DNA from: a virus
Taxonomy: Duplodnaviria > Caudoviricetes
Virus record (IMG/VR): IMGVR_UViG_3300042366_001770
Location: 1 to 64,000 of that record
DNA length: 64,000 nt
Strand: one strand, 5' to 3'
Positions 43,469 to 52,141 of the stretch are shown here, piece after piece. The notes under the pieces are model-generated. The model searched no databases, was not told where the DNA came from, and saw only the letters and a program-made list of their open reading frames with translations. The position numbers were made by a program, and so were the translations under genes. How positions within the stretch are numbered: the first letter of the stretch is position 1; the number at the start of each line of letters is the position of its first letter.

Positions 43469-44551
43469 GTCACAGTTTATTCAACTCGATATTCCAATTT
43501 TTCTTTGCAAATCTCTTCAACGGATGAATAGCGCGTTCACCAATATGCAACGAATAGAATGGCTGAGTCGAATCCACAGGATATAGCTTTACCAAACTAC
43601 CATTACCAAACTCTACTTTAAATCCTGCCTTTTGCAATGATCTAATAATCTGGTTGATATTTTTCATGATACCACCATATTTTCGATGAATGGATATTCT
43701 TTGCCATTCAACTTGACAAACCACTCGTAATTTCTTTGGTAAACTCTTACGGGGCTATACTGGTTGATACGATCCTTTGTAGTAACCGTTTGCCATCCAC
43801 CAGTCTGCAACTTCACAAGACCATTCGGATACAACACCACAACCTTAGTGCTATGTAATTCGATACTAACACTACCATCATACTCGATATATCCACGAGT
43901 ATTATTACCAATTTTACGACTAGTCCGGTTAGTCTTACCACGAACCATAGTAACAGCTTCGGCGTGAGTCATATTCAACCCTTTTCGTAAAGAGAGACAG
44001 TGCAGTAGAAAAAACCAGCGTAAGCAACAACAAAACTTAAACCAATCAGAGCGTCCATTTTAGTTCCTGTGCAGATAATCGTCAAACAGTTTAAAAGCGT
44101 AAAGAAAGGCATACCAACCAACGGTAGAACCTACAAACCATCCACCAATAAACCAGATGGCTAGCGTAGCCCACATCTCGATTTCGTTTTCAGTCATGCT
44201 TCAAATCCTATACTATAGATCGACGCTTGTCAAGTCAAACATTAGTCTTTTTTGGAAGATTCTGGATTGCTTGCAGCGTCTTAGCAACACCATCAAAATC
44301 AAGCCATCCGATCACATCGCTAGTCACAGAAGTATCGTACACAATCTCTCCGGCCATGTCTAGCACAGCAACCTCAAAAAACCCCCTGTCGCCACCATAG
44401 GTGTGCCGATTGCAAACAACGCTGGCTCCGTAACCATTGCCAAACGTATAGGTTTTCTTATATCCGTCGAGCATCTTTATCTCCTTCGTTTTCTTGATTC
44501 TACTCTATAGATCGGTAATGTCAAGAAAAAAAATTAGAAAAAATCTTTAGA

Positions 44552-44633
44552 CGTAAGTTGTTGATAGATAAAGACTTAGGAAAAATTCGGCCGGCCCATT
44601 TTGCCCTAAGTTGTTTAGTGGCAATGGGTTACA
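44552..44633. repeat. 82-bp double-dyad element, copy 9
   Basis: Boxes at 44552-44580 and 44605-44633. Confidence 0.9.
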
Positions 44634-45402
44634 TCGAACAGTTTTAATTCATTAGATATGTAGCCGTACAGCCACAAATAAAAGCCACACTCCACAAAAT
44701 CAGATCACTTATCCTCATCATTCTTCTCCATAAAAAAGAGAGGTGCAGTATTATAACAAAGTATAACCCCGAGAATATAACCAAGTACAACACTAACAAA
44801 ATCAATTTCAAACATCCGTGTTCTCCTATAATTAGAGTCAATCCCCGTAACCTACCCAGAAATCTTCGCCCTTATCATCCTTCATACGCATAAATCCTCT
44901 TTGCTTCATAGTATTATATTCGTTGAGATCCCTGCAAATCTTAGCAAGAATCTCACTAAATAAAAATAAACCACTTACACCAGCAATCGTAAACAGCAGA
45001 GTTACCATAAGTCTCCCTTTCCTGCATCAGTTTACTATAATATATCGTCTTGTCAAGAGTCAAAACTTTAGGCTGACTAAAGCCACACCAGCCAAACCCG
45101 TAGGGTTAGCTAGGACTAACGTAGTTATCCTGCATAGCCTGTCGAACCTTGATAAGATTACGATAGTGTCCGATATGAGTCAACACTGGCTCTTTACGAT
45201 ACAACACGAAATGATTCTCGTCAAGTGGTTTTGGCAGATAGACCACCCTATAACCCATAAGATCAGCGTCAAACTCCAAATCAGCAATTTCCGTTTTGCT
45301 TAGCTTTCTCATCTGTATTTTCTCCTTCTTCTACTTGTATATCGACATTCTATCAAAGCAACTTTAGTTGTCAAAGAAAAAAAAGACAATTTTTTAATTT
45401 GC

Positions 45403-45484
45403 TCTAAAGTGTTGTCGGATAAGGACTTACGTTAAAGTCGGCCGGCCCCGCTCGCCCTAAGTCTTTACGACACAAGGGTTTGCG
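45403..45484. repeat. 82-bp double-dyad element, copy 10
   Basis: Boxes at 45403-45431 and 45456-45484. Confidence 0.9.
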
Positions 45485-45676
45485 TTCGGGCAGTCACTGG
45501 TCATGGTTTTTCCATTAAACTGTATGGGCGTATATAGATGAGGATATAACTTTACATAATTTTCCCGCACCCATACTCTATCACCACGATGATTATCTAA
45601 TACATATACATACGGTTCATCTTTTGACATTATTTATCCTTTCGAAACTGATAATACCCCGTATTATTATTTTTTA

Positions 45677-46039
45677 TCAGTAGTCCTCTCCACCATAATA
45701 ATCGTGGAAGGAATCGATGTCATCTCCATAGTGGCCGTAATCCTCATCGGTCCCCCAACCCGCACTCGCAAGGCCGGACTCGTGATCTCCATCCATACTA
45801 TCATCATAATCGTCAAACCATTCTTCATCTTCGTCATTCTCATTAAATTGTGAAGCAACCTCATGCTCGGCATCTGGATGATAGCCCGCACTGTCCTCGT
45901 CATGAAAGCCATTGTAATCGTCATAGTTGTATGCCATGTCATCATCCTCGTAAGAGTTATCGGGATCGTAGCAGGAATCGGGGTGACTCATCTTTTTCTC
46001 CTTTTCAGTAAGTATACCAAAGAATACCGTGTTCGTCAA
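45677..46039 (-). CDS. Extremely acidic protein (probable start MSHPDS)
   Basis: D/E-rich with no K or R after the probable start; contains DGDHESGLASAGWGTDEDYG. Confidence 0.7.
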   Translation of the reverse strand: MTNTVFFGILTEKEKKMSHPDSCYDPDNSYEDDDMAYNYDDYNGFHDEDSAGYHPDAEHEVASQFNENDEDEEWFDDYDDSMDGDHESGLASAGWGTDEDYGHYGDDIDSFHDYYGGEDY

Positions 46040-46291
46040 CCATGGGTTCGGGATAGATTTCTTCCATCACTTCCTCGATTAGCCCAGTAACCTCCGCCCA
46101 CTCAAGAGGATGACATGACGGCTCATCAATCGGTTCGACCAAACCTTCGTCGTGCATGGCGGAGAGGATAACATTGATTTCATCAAAATCGTGAAGCATT
46201 GTGGATTCTCCTTTGTGGGTTGATGCTTCGATTATATATTAGATATCGGAAACGTCAAGAAAAAAAATTAGCGAAAAAAGTTTTTTCTTTT

Positions 46292-46307
46292 TGGTATAAT
46301 TTTTGCT
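46292..46307 (+). promoter_or_regulatory. sigma54-like -24/-12 site
   Basis: TGGTATAATTTTTGCT (GG-N10-GC). Confidence 0.5.
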
Positions 46308-46313
46308 AGTGGT

Positions 46314-46395
46314 CATAAGTCATTGTGGCATAAGCACTTACGACGCGGCGGGCGGCGCCCTTTTGACGTAAGTTCTTACGCCGTAAGGGTTTACG
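46314..46395. repeat. 82-bp double-dyad element, copy 11
   Basis: Boxes at 46314-46342 and 46367-46395. Confidence 0.9.
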
Positions 46396-46987
46396 TCTAT
46401 TTAAGCAACCCCCTATATATGGGGTAGAACTCATCGAACGACAGGTGACTCATGTACAGTTGTCCATCAAGATAAATACTGTACAAATCATTAGTACCTT
46501 CTGTTACTGTCCACATTACTGAGAGCGTTTTATCTTCAAGATTCTTGAGCATGTGTTTACTCCTCATCAGCAAAGGGGCTCATCTCATCTTCTGACAGAC
46601 TAGCATACTGTGCAGCAAGAGCCTCAACACGCTCACGACTGCCGGGCTTACCAACCGGGAATCGCATAAGATCCTCACCCCCCACAAGTCGGGGGTCGGC
46701 CTTGGTGACCTTGACAGTACCAGCACGACGCAGAGCCTTGCGATTGAACTTGAGAACCTTTTCGGTGACAAGGTATCGCTTTTGGCCGTCAACACTGTAG
46801 ACATAGTGAGCATCCTCACCTTCGATTACCTTATCGTCCGGAATCTCGACGAGCATCGGAATAGCGATACCCTTGAAGATCATCCGGGCCTGACGCTTGG
46901 CGTTTTCAATGATAGCATACTTCGTTTTCATTTTTTCTTCTTTCTTGTTGAGACTATCTTATCAAAGGTTTGGTAGACTGTCAATCC

Positions 46988-47113
46988 CTACATTTGCTCA
47001 ATGTATTCGACATAACCAAATCGGCAACGGGCGACCATAAAAGCCTCAGTATAACCGTCAGCAACAACCGTACCAATCACTTGCATATTACCATTGAAAA
47101 CCAGCCATTCCAT
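46988..47113 (-). CDS. 41-aa hypothetical protein (not in the ORF track), weakly similar to 42629-42862
   Basis: MEWLVFNGNMQVIGTVVADGYTEAFMVARCRFG..; follows the promoter at 47143-47170 and an AG-rich leader. Confidence 0.6.
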   Translation of the reverse strand: MEWLVFNGNMQVIGTVVADGYTEAFMVARCRFGYVEYIEQM

Positions 47114-47201
47114 TTGCTTTCTCTCTTTCTTTCTTTTCAATCATTCTACATTCTAGTATCGGTTTGTCAACTAAAAAAAATCAGTCAAAAAAAGTTTTTT
47201 G

Positions 47202-47217
47202 CGGCACAGCATTTGCT
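47202..47217 (+). promoter_or_regulatory. sigma54-like -24/-12 site
   Basis: CGGCACAGCATTTGCT. Confidence 0.55.
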
Positions 47218-47223
47218 CTATGT

Positions 47224-47305
47224 CGTAAGTCATTGCAGCATAAGCACTTACGTCAAAATCTCGCCCGCTTTTTTGTCGTAAGTCCTTATATATCAAGGGT
47301 TTACG
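47224..47305. repeat. 82-bp double-dyad element, copy 12
   Basis: Boxes CGTAAGTCATT-GCAGCAT-AAGCACTTACG (47224-47252) and CGTAAGTCCTT-ATATATC-AAGGGTTTACG (47277-47305). Confidence 0.92.
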
Positions 47306-48050
47306 CTGGCTATAGCCCATCTTGCCAACCCGTAGGGTTAGCTGGTACAGACGTACACTATGCCGGTGGGGCTAACTTCATTTCACGATATCTATAGAGT
47401 AGTTCAGCAGATAAGTCTTTTATATATAGCCTATACATTTGTCTCTGCTGCTCGGTTGTACATCTATCAAGAACAAACTGCGAGCGTCGTAATTCGTGTT
47501 GCAGTGTAAGGGTGTCGATACTTCTCATGTATTATTCCTTTATGACGCATGAATGAACACTTGTTCACTTACTGTACGATTGTTCACTGTTACAATCCAA
47601 TTCTTTCCGCTACCATCTTCTCGCATGATACTATTGATAATACCAACATGAGCATTACCTTTAGTATCAATAACACTACCATACTTGCCAGTTCGCATAG
47701 CTGTTAGAATCTTATCAAGGCTATTCATTATTTGTTATCCTGTATAGAGATTATTAGTTTCCAACATTCATCGATTGTAAGATTATCACCCACGATATCG
47801 CCATTTTTCCATACTCTATATCTATCAGAGCATCTTGAAGTTTCCCAGTATATCACAGGCTATGCCTCCACCGGAACAACAATTCACTGGCCGCAGCACT
47901 AATACCCGCTTTGATAAGTTCCCGAGCAGCCCCCATTTTAGAGGGGAGTTCATTCTGTGCGAGATGAAGCCACAATTGCAAGTGTTCAGTTTTCATATCT
48001 TCGAAAGTCTTACGATAATGTTCGGGCTTGACAGTCAACATATTACACTT

Positions 48051-48230
48051 TCAGTTAGAGGCTTCCAGCATATCAAACGTGATACACTTGTCAAGATAGA
48101 TCGACCGATACCCTTGTTCGGCCTTGACCGTCAAGAGCATACGATCCCCAAACGTTCTAACCGTGACCACTTCACCGTTCACAATTTCGCCGTTATCATA
48201 TTCGGCGAAAATAAAATCACCAACGTTCAT
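48051..48230 (-). CDS. 59-aa SH3/WYL-like protein (not in the ORF track), paralogous to 49299-49640
   Basis: MNVGDFIFAEYDNGEIVNGEVVTVRTFGDRMLLTVKAEQGYRSIYLDK..; AG-rich leader upstream. Confidence 0.6.
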   Translation of the reverse strand: MNVGDFIFAEYDNGEIVNGEVVTVRTFGDRMLLTVKAEQGYRSIYLDKCITFDMLEASN

Positions 48231-48625
48231 TTTCTTTCTCTCTTTCTTTCTTACTCTTTATATCGACATTCTACATTCGAAACTTTAGTTGTCAAGAAAA
48301 GAAAATCAGCAGATTGCAAAATCGGCCACAACATAGCCCATATCGTCAATCTGAATGTATCCACCATCATCCATAAATCCTAACTCATCGTCAATGGCAA
48401 TCTCATTACCATTAGCACGAACATGGTCAAGCAAATCCATGGCAAAGGCCACACGATTTACAAACGTCGTCATTTCCGTATTGTTGATAAGGTCAACCAA
48501 CTCAGCCTTAGTATTCAGAACAATCAGGTTTGCCATTTTCAATCTCTCTTTCTTTCTTTTCACTTATTCTACATATCATTATCGTACTTGCAAGAAAAAA
48601 AAATTAGAAAAAGAAAATTATTTTT

Positions 48626-48641
48626 TGGCATGATATTTGCT
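48626..48641 (+). promoter_or_regulatory. sigma54-like -24/-12 site
   Basis: TGGCATGATATTTGCT. Confidence 0.6.
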
Positions 48642-48647
48642 ATGCGT

Positions 48648-48729
48648 CGTAAGTCGTTGATATATAAGCACTTACGTCAAAATTGCGGGCGCGTTTTCGT
48701 CGTAAGTCCTTAAGCCGTAAGGGTTTACG
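48648..48729. repeat. 82-bp double-dyad element, copy 13
   Basis: Boxes at 48648-48676 and 48701-48729. Confidence 0.92.
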
Positions 48730-49298
48730 TCGATACCCCATAGGTGGGGTGCGCTGACCGGCCGGATTAGGTAACACACCCCTATTGGGGGGTTACCATG
48801 CCTTGAACAAAAACGCTCTACCCCATCCGCACGACGATATCCCCCATCCGGGGCAGTCCCACAACCAATCGGGCAACCCCTTACTTTGGGGGTGGTGATA
48901 ACCGTCAACGTGTAGTGTACGGTTGTCTCCCGGAACACGTTGCACAGTGCATCCCGATTCTTCAAGCCGTACGATCATTTCTGAAATGTTCATTGTATTT
49001 CCTTTTTCAAGAATGGCAAAGCCTATAATACTTAGCCCACAACTCATCTACAACAAACTGAACAATCCTATCATGAGAACCACGGCAAACGTAATACCCC
49101 ATATGGATATCGAATAATGCGAACGTACCATCCTCTTGGGGATGATAGGTAAACCCACACTTATAAGCATAGGCATTAATTTTACCCTTTATCGTTTCAA
49201 TCTTAGGGGGCTTTCTCATTTTCCTTCTCTCTTTCTTTTCACTCATTCTACATTAGGTATCGGCAATTGCAAGAAAAGAAAACAGCAAATCTTTTCGA

Positions 49299-49640
49299 CT
49301 ACCAACGCCCCCTATATCGGGGGACGTATCCATACTTCACAAGGTTATTATCCTTCCACGCATCATATCCATCGTCGGTGTTGCGAACCACCCGACGGCG
49401 GGGGTCACCCTCGACCATGGTGAACGTGACATCGGTAGCCTTCTCGAAGTAGATCGACCGGAACCCGTCCGCAGTCTCGACCACGAGCAAATTACCCTTA
49501 CCCTCGATTTTTCGTTGACTCTTGACGATACCCTCAATTCGAAGAGGGGCGGGATCCTTCGACCCCTGATAGTTGCAGACAATCCGGGTTCCCACAACGT
49601 CAACTCCACCATTAGCACGGGGGCGAGTAAAGATAGCCAT
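49299..49640 (-). CDS. SH3/WYL-like hypothetical protein
   Basis: IEGIVKS..LLVVETADGFRSIYFEK. Confidence 0.5.
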   Translation of the reverse strand: MAIFTRPRANGGVDVVGTRIVCNYQGSKDPAPLRIEGIVKSQRKIEGKGNLLVVETADGFRSIYFEKATDVTFTMVEGDPRRRVVRNTDDGYDAWKDNNLVKYGYVPRYRGRW

Positions 49641-49742
49641 TTTACTTTTCCTTTTTTCTAGTCTTATCGTTCCGTTTCAATCATTCTACATTACTTATCG
49701 GCCAACGCAAGAAAAAAAAATAGAAAATCTTTTTGTTTTTTG

Positions 49743-49758
49743 TGGCACAATATTTGCT
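49743..49758 (+). promoter_or_regulatory. sigma54-type -24/-12 site
   Basis: TGGCACAATATTTGCT, near-consensus. Confidence 0.6.
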
Positions 49759-50103
49759 GCCCGAGCAGATTAGCTAATCCGCCCATCTTACCTATTATGA
49801 AATCCCCATCCAATCGGCATTTTCGATACAATAATCGTAGAAAATATCGTTGATTTTTTCTTCCATCATATTTTCGGAACGAATCCACACCCCGTCATGG
49901 ATCCTATTCCGAATCTCGATTTTGAACATGTTTCCGGCGTGTACGATTCGCACGTTATGCGACTCGTCGCCAAAAATCTTTTGAACACAATTTTGAATCT
50001 TTGCAATCGTCAACATTTTTCTACCCTTCTCTTTCGTTTCCATCATTCTACAAATAGTATCGGCAATTGCAAGAAAAAAAATTAGAGAAAAAAAGATTTT
50101 TTG

Positions 50104-50119
50104 TGGCATACTATTTGCT
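50104..50119 (+). promoter_or_regulatory. sigma54-type -24/-12 site
   Basis: TGGCATACTATTTGCT. Confidence 0.6.
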
Positions 50120-50276
50120 GCGGCTATCCCCCACCTATGGGGGGTTTTTTCGTTTTGTGCCGTTATTGAGAATAAATCTCAAAAAGCCGCCCGGAGGGCA
50201 TAAACAGTAAGCGACACATACCATAAATGTATCACCTAAACCTCACAGATGGCCCCTGAATAGTCTTTATAATCTA

Positions 50277-50495
50277 TCAGTTTTGATTATTTGATGCTAA
50301 GATGCCTTGCTTCTTTGGTCTGCCTCGACTCTTTTTGAGACTTAGCTTTCGCCTTTGTCGTCTGATCATGGCCGTTGTAACATTTTGCCCGGTCATTTGA
50401 CTAAGCTTAACAGCAAGTTCCTCATCTCGCACAACCCCGTGATTATTCTTTATAAATTCCATCTCTTCGTTTGACCACTTTTTGTAGTTAGCCAT
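50277..50495 (-). CDS. Small HTH/Myb-like DNA-binding protein with an AT-hook-like tail
   Basis: KKWSNEEMEFIKNN..EELAVKL..TTAMIRRQRRKL, followed by RGRPKK. Confidence 0.55.
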   Translation of the reverse strand: MANYKKWSNEEMEFIKNNHGVVRDEELAVKLSQMTGQNVTTAMIRRQRRKLSLKKSRGRPKKQGILASNNQN

Positions 50496-50688
50496 AATTT
50501 TTTCCTTATTTAAGTTGACAAATAGTGTAACAACAGTATTATACTAATACTTGATCATTTTAACGCAAGAGGTTCAATTATGAATTTTTCATTAGCAAAT
50601 TCAACTTTAGACATTAAAGCATCAGGAACCGTAGATATTACTAACGATCTTAATATGCCCGAAGGAAAAAGCATAGCAGAATTATTAT

Positions 50689-51327
50689 ATGAGCAAAAAG
50701 AAAAACCCACTACCGAACAACGTGAATGAAGAAGAGTTTCTTACAGTTTTAGAAAACATTAGCAAAAGATTAGCCTACAAATTTAATTTTGGATATCATA
50801 GTATTGAAGACATGAAACAACAGGCAGCTATATTTGCTCTTGAAGGTTTAAAAAAGTACGATAACTCTCGCCCACTAGAAAACTTTTTATGGACCCATGT
50901 TCGTAATCGGTTATTTAATTACAAACGAGACAACTACCAAAGGCCCGATAAACCCTGTCTAAGTTGTCGCTTTTATGACAAACACTGTGCCAATTCACAA
51001 AATCAATGCACAGAATTTAAAAATAAAAATGATTGCGAAGAATATGATGCTTGGTATACTCGCAATATGAATAAGAAGAATATCATGAAGCCCGTTGCTA
51101 TTGAAGATGTTGGAGATAATTCTCTTAATTTACACTCATTAGAATCAGTAGCCGATTATGTTAATAATAAACAAATTTTCGACCTACTAGACAAGCACAT
51201 TCCTGCACCACATAGAGAAACCTATCTTAAACTAAAACACGGAGATAAAATTTATAAGTCTGATCTACAAAAGATTTTACCTATTATTAAAGAGATACTA
51301 GATACTCATGGAAAATCAAAATCATAA
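50689..51327 (+). CDS. Phage sigma70-family factor (region 2) with a Cys-rich insertion
   Basis: IEDMKQQAAIFALEGLKKYDNSRPLENFLWTHVRNRLFNYKR matches sigma region 2; followed by CLSC..C..C..C. Confidence 0.65.
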   Translation: MSKKKNPLPNNVNEEEFLTVLENISKRLAYKFNFGYHSIEDMKQQAAIFALEGLKKYDNSRPLENFLWTHVRNRLFNYKRDNYQRPDKPCLSCRFYDKHCANSQNQCTEFKNKNDCEEYDAWYTRNMNKKNIMKPVAIEDVGDNSLNLHSLESVADYVNNKQIFDLLDKHIPAPHRETYLKLKHGDKIYKSDLQKILPIIKEILDTHGKSKS

Positions 51328-52141
51328 AGGTCCCAAAAAAAGAGGACAACTAGGATTAGACGAAGAAAAGTATATAAGAGATAATATTAGCGCTTTAACT
51401 ATTGAACAAATTGCAGCTAATCTTAATCGTAGTACCGCCCCTATTGAAAAGTATGTTCAACAAACTCAACTATCATCAACATCATCAGATGATCAAATAC
51501 TTAAACAAAAGTTATATCTAAAAACCTTTTGGTCTGAGATTGAAAAACAGTTTGATAAAGATAGTGGAGAATTATCTTACTTTGAAAATACTTGGGTAGG
51601 ATTAATTAAACAGTTTCGAGAAGATGTTTTGCCCGCAGAAGAACTTCAAATCAAACAATTTATCACTATTGATATTCTTATTAACCGCAGCATGAAAGAA
51701 CGCAAACGCCACATTAGTGATACCGAAAAACTTCAAAATGAAGTGGATAAAGAATATGCCAAAAGTGAAGATCAACGAGATATTCCAAAACTGGCCAATC
51801 TCGAAACACAACTATCATTTGCCCGCAACAGTATCGCTAATTATACTAATGAGTATACCAAACTGCTTAATGAACAGCAAAAGATTAGCAAAGACCTTAA
51901 AGCTACTCGTGAACAACGAATCAAAAGAATAGAGGATGGTAAAAGCTCCTGGGTCGGATTAATACGAATGCTTGAAGACGAAGAAACAAGAGAAAAAGAA
52001 GGCAAAGAAATGGCTATTATGGAAATAGCAGCCGATAACTATAAAAATAAACTATCCGAATATCACTCTTATGCTGATAATACTCTGGATAGTCCGCTTC
52101 TTACCCCAGAGATTGTTTTAGCACGAGAGGAAAATTCATGA
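51308..52141 (+). CDS. Putative terminase small subunit (N-terminal HTH plus coiled coil)
   Basis: HTH LTIEQIAANLNRS, long coiled coil, position upstream of TerL. The function is inferred from context. Confidence 0.4.
   Translation: MENQNHKGPKKRGQLGLDEEKYIRDNISALTIEQIAANLNRSTAPIEKYVQQTQLSSTSSDDQILKQKLYLKTFWSEIEKQFDKDSGELSYFENTWVGLIKQFREDVLPAEELQIKQFITIDILINRSMKERKRHISDTEKLQNEVDKEYAKSEDQRDIPKLANLETQLSFARNSIANYTNEYTKLLNEQQKISKDLKATREQRIKRIEDGKSSWVGLIRMLEDEETREKEGKEMAIMEIAADNYKNKLSEYHSYADNTLDSPLLTPEIVLAREENS

Noticed and set aside
32036..48729. Interpreting the 82-bp repeats as a CRISPR array
   Set aside because: Copies are degenerate and separated by 0.8-2.4 kb of genes rather than 30-40 bp spacers, and no cas genes are in the window.
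32036..48729. Calling the repeats bona fide integron attC sites or simple recombinase crossover sites
   Set aside because: There are no RYYYAAC/GTTRRRY ends and no integrase in the window. The 7-bp cores differ between copies, and I see no clear box1/box2 covariation. Kept only as a hypothesis.
1310..50085. Plus-strand ORFs in the 1-50 kb region (e.g. 2452-3039, 32730-33170, 40995-41459, 47835-48383, and ORFs over tRNAs)
   Set aside because: They are antisense shadows of well-supported minus-strand genes or RNAs, with no RBS or recognisable motifs.
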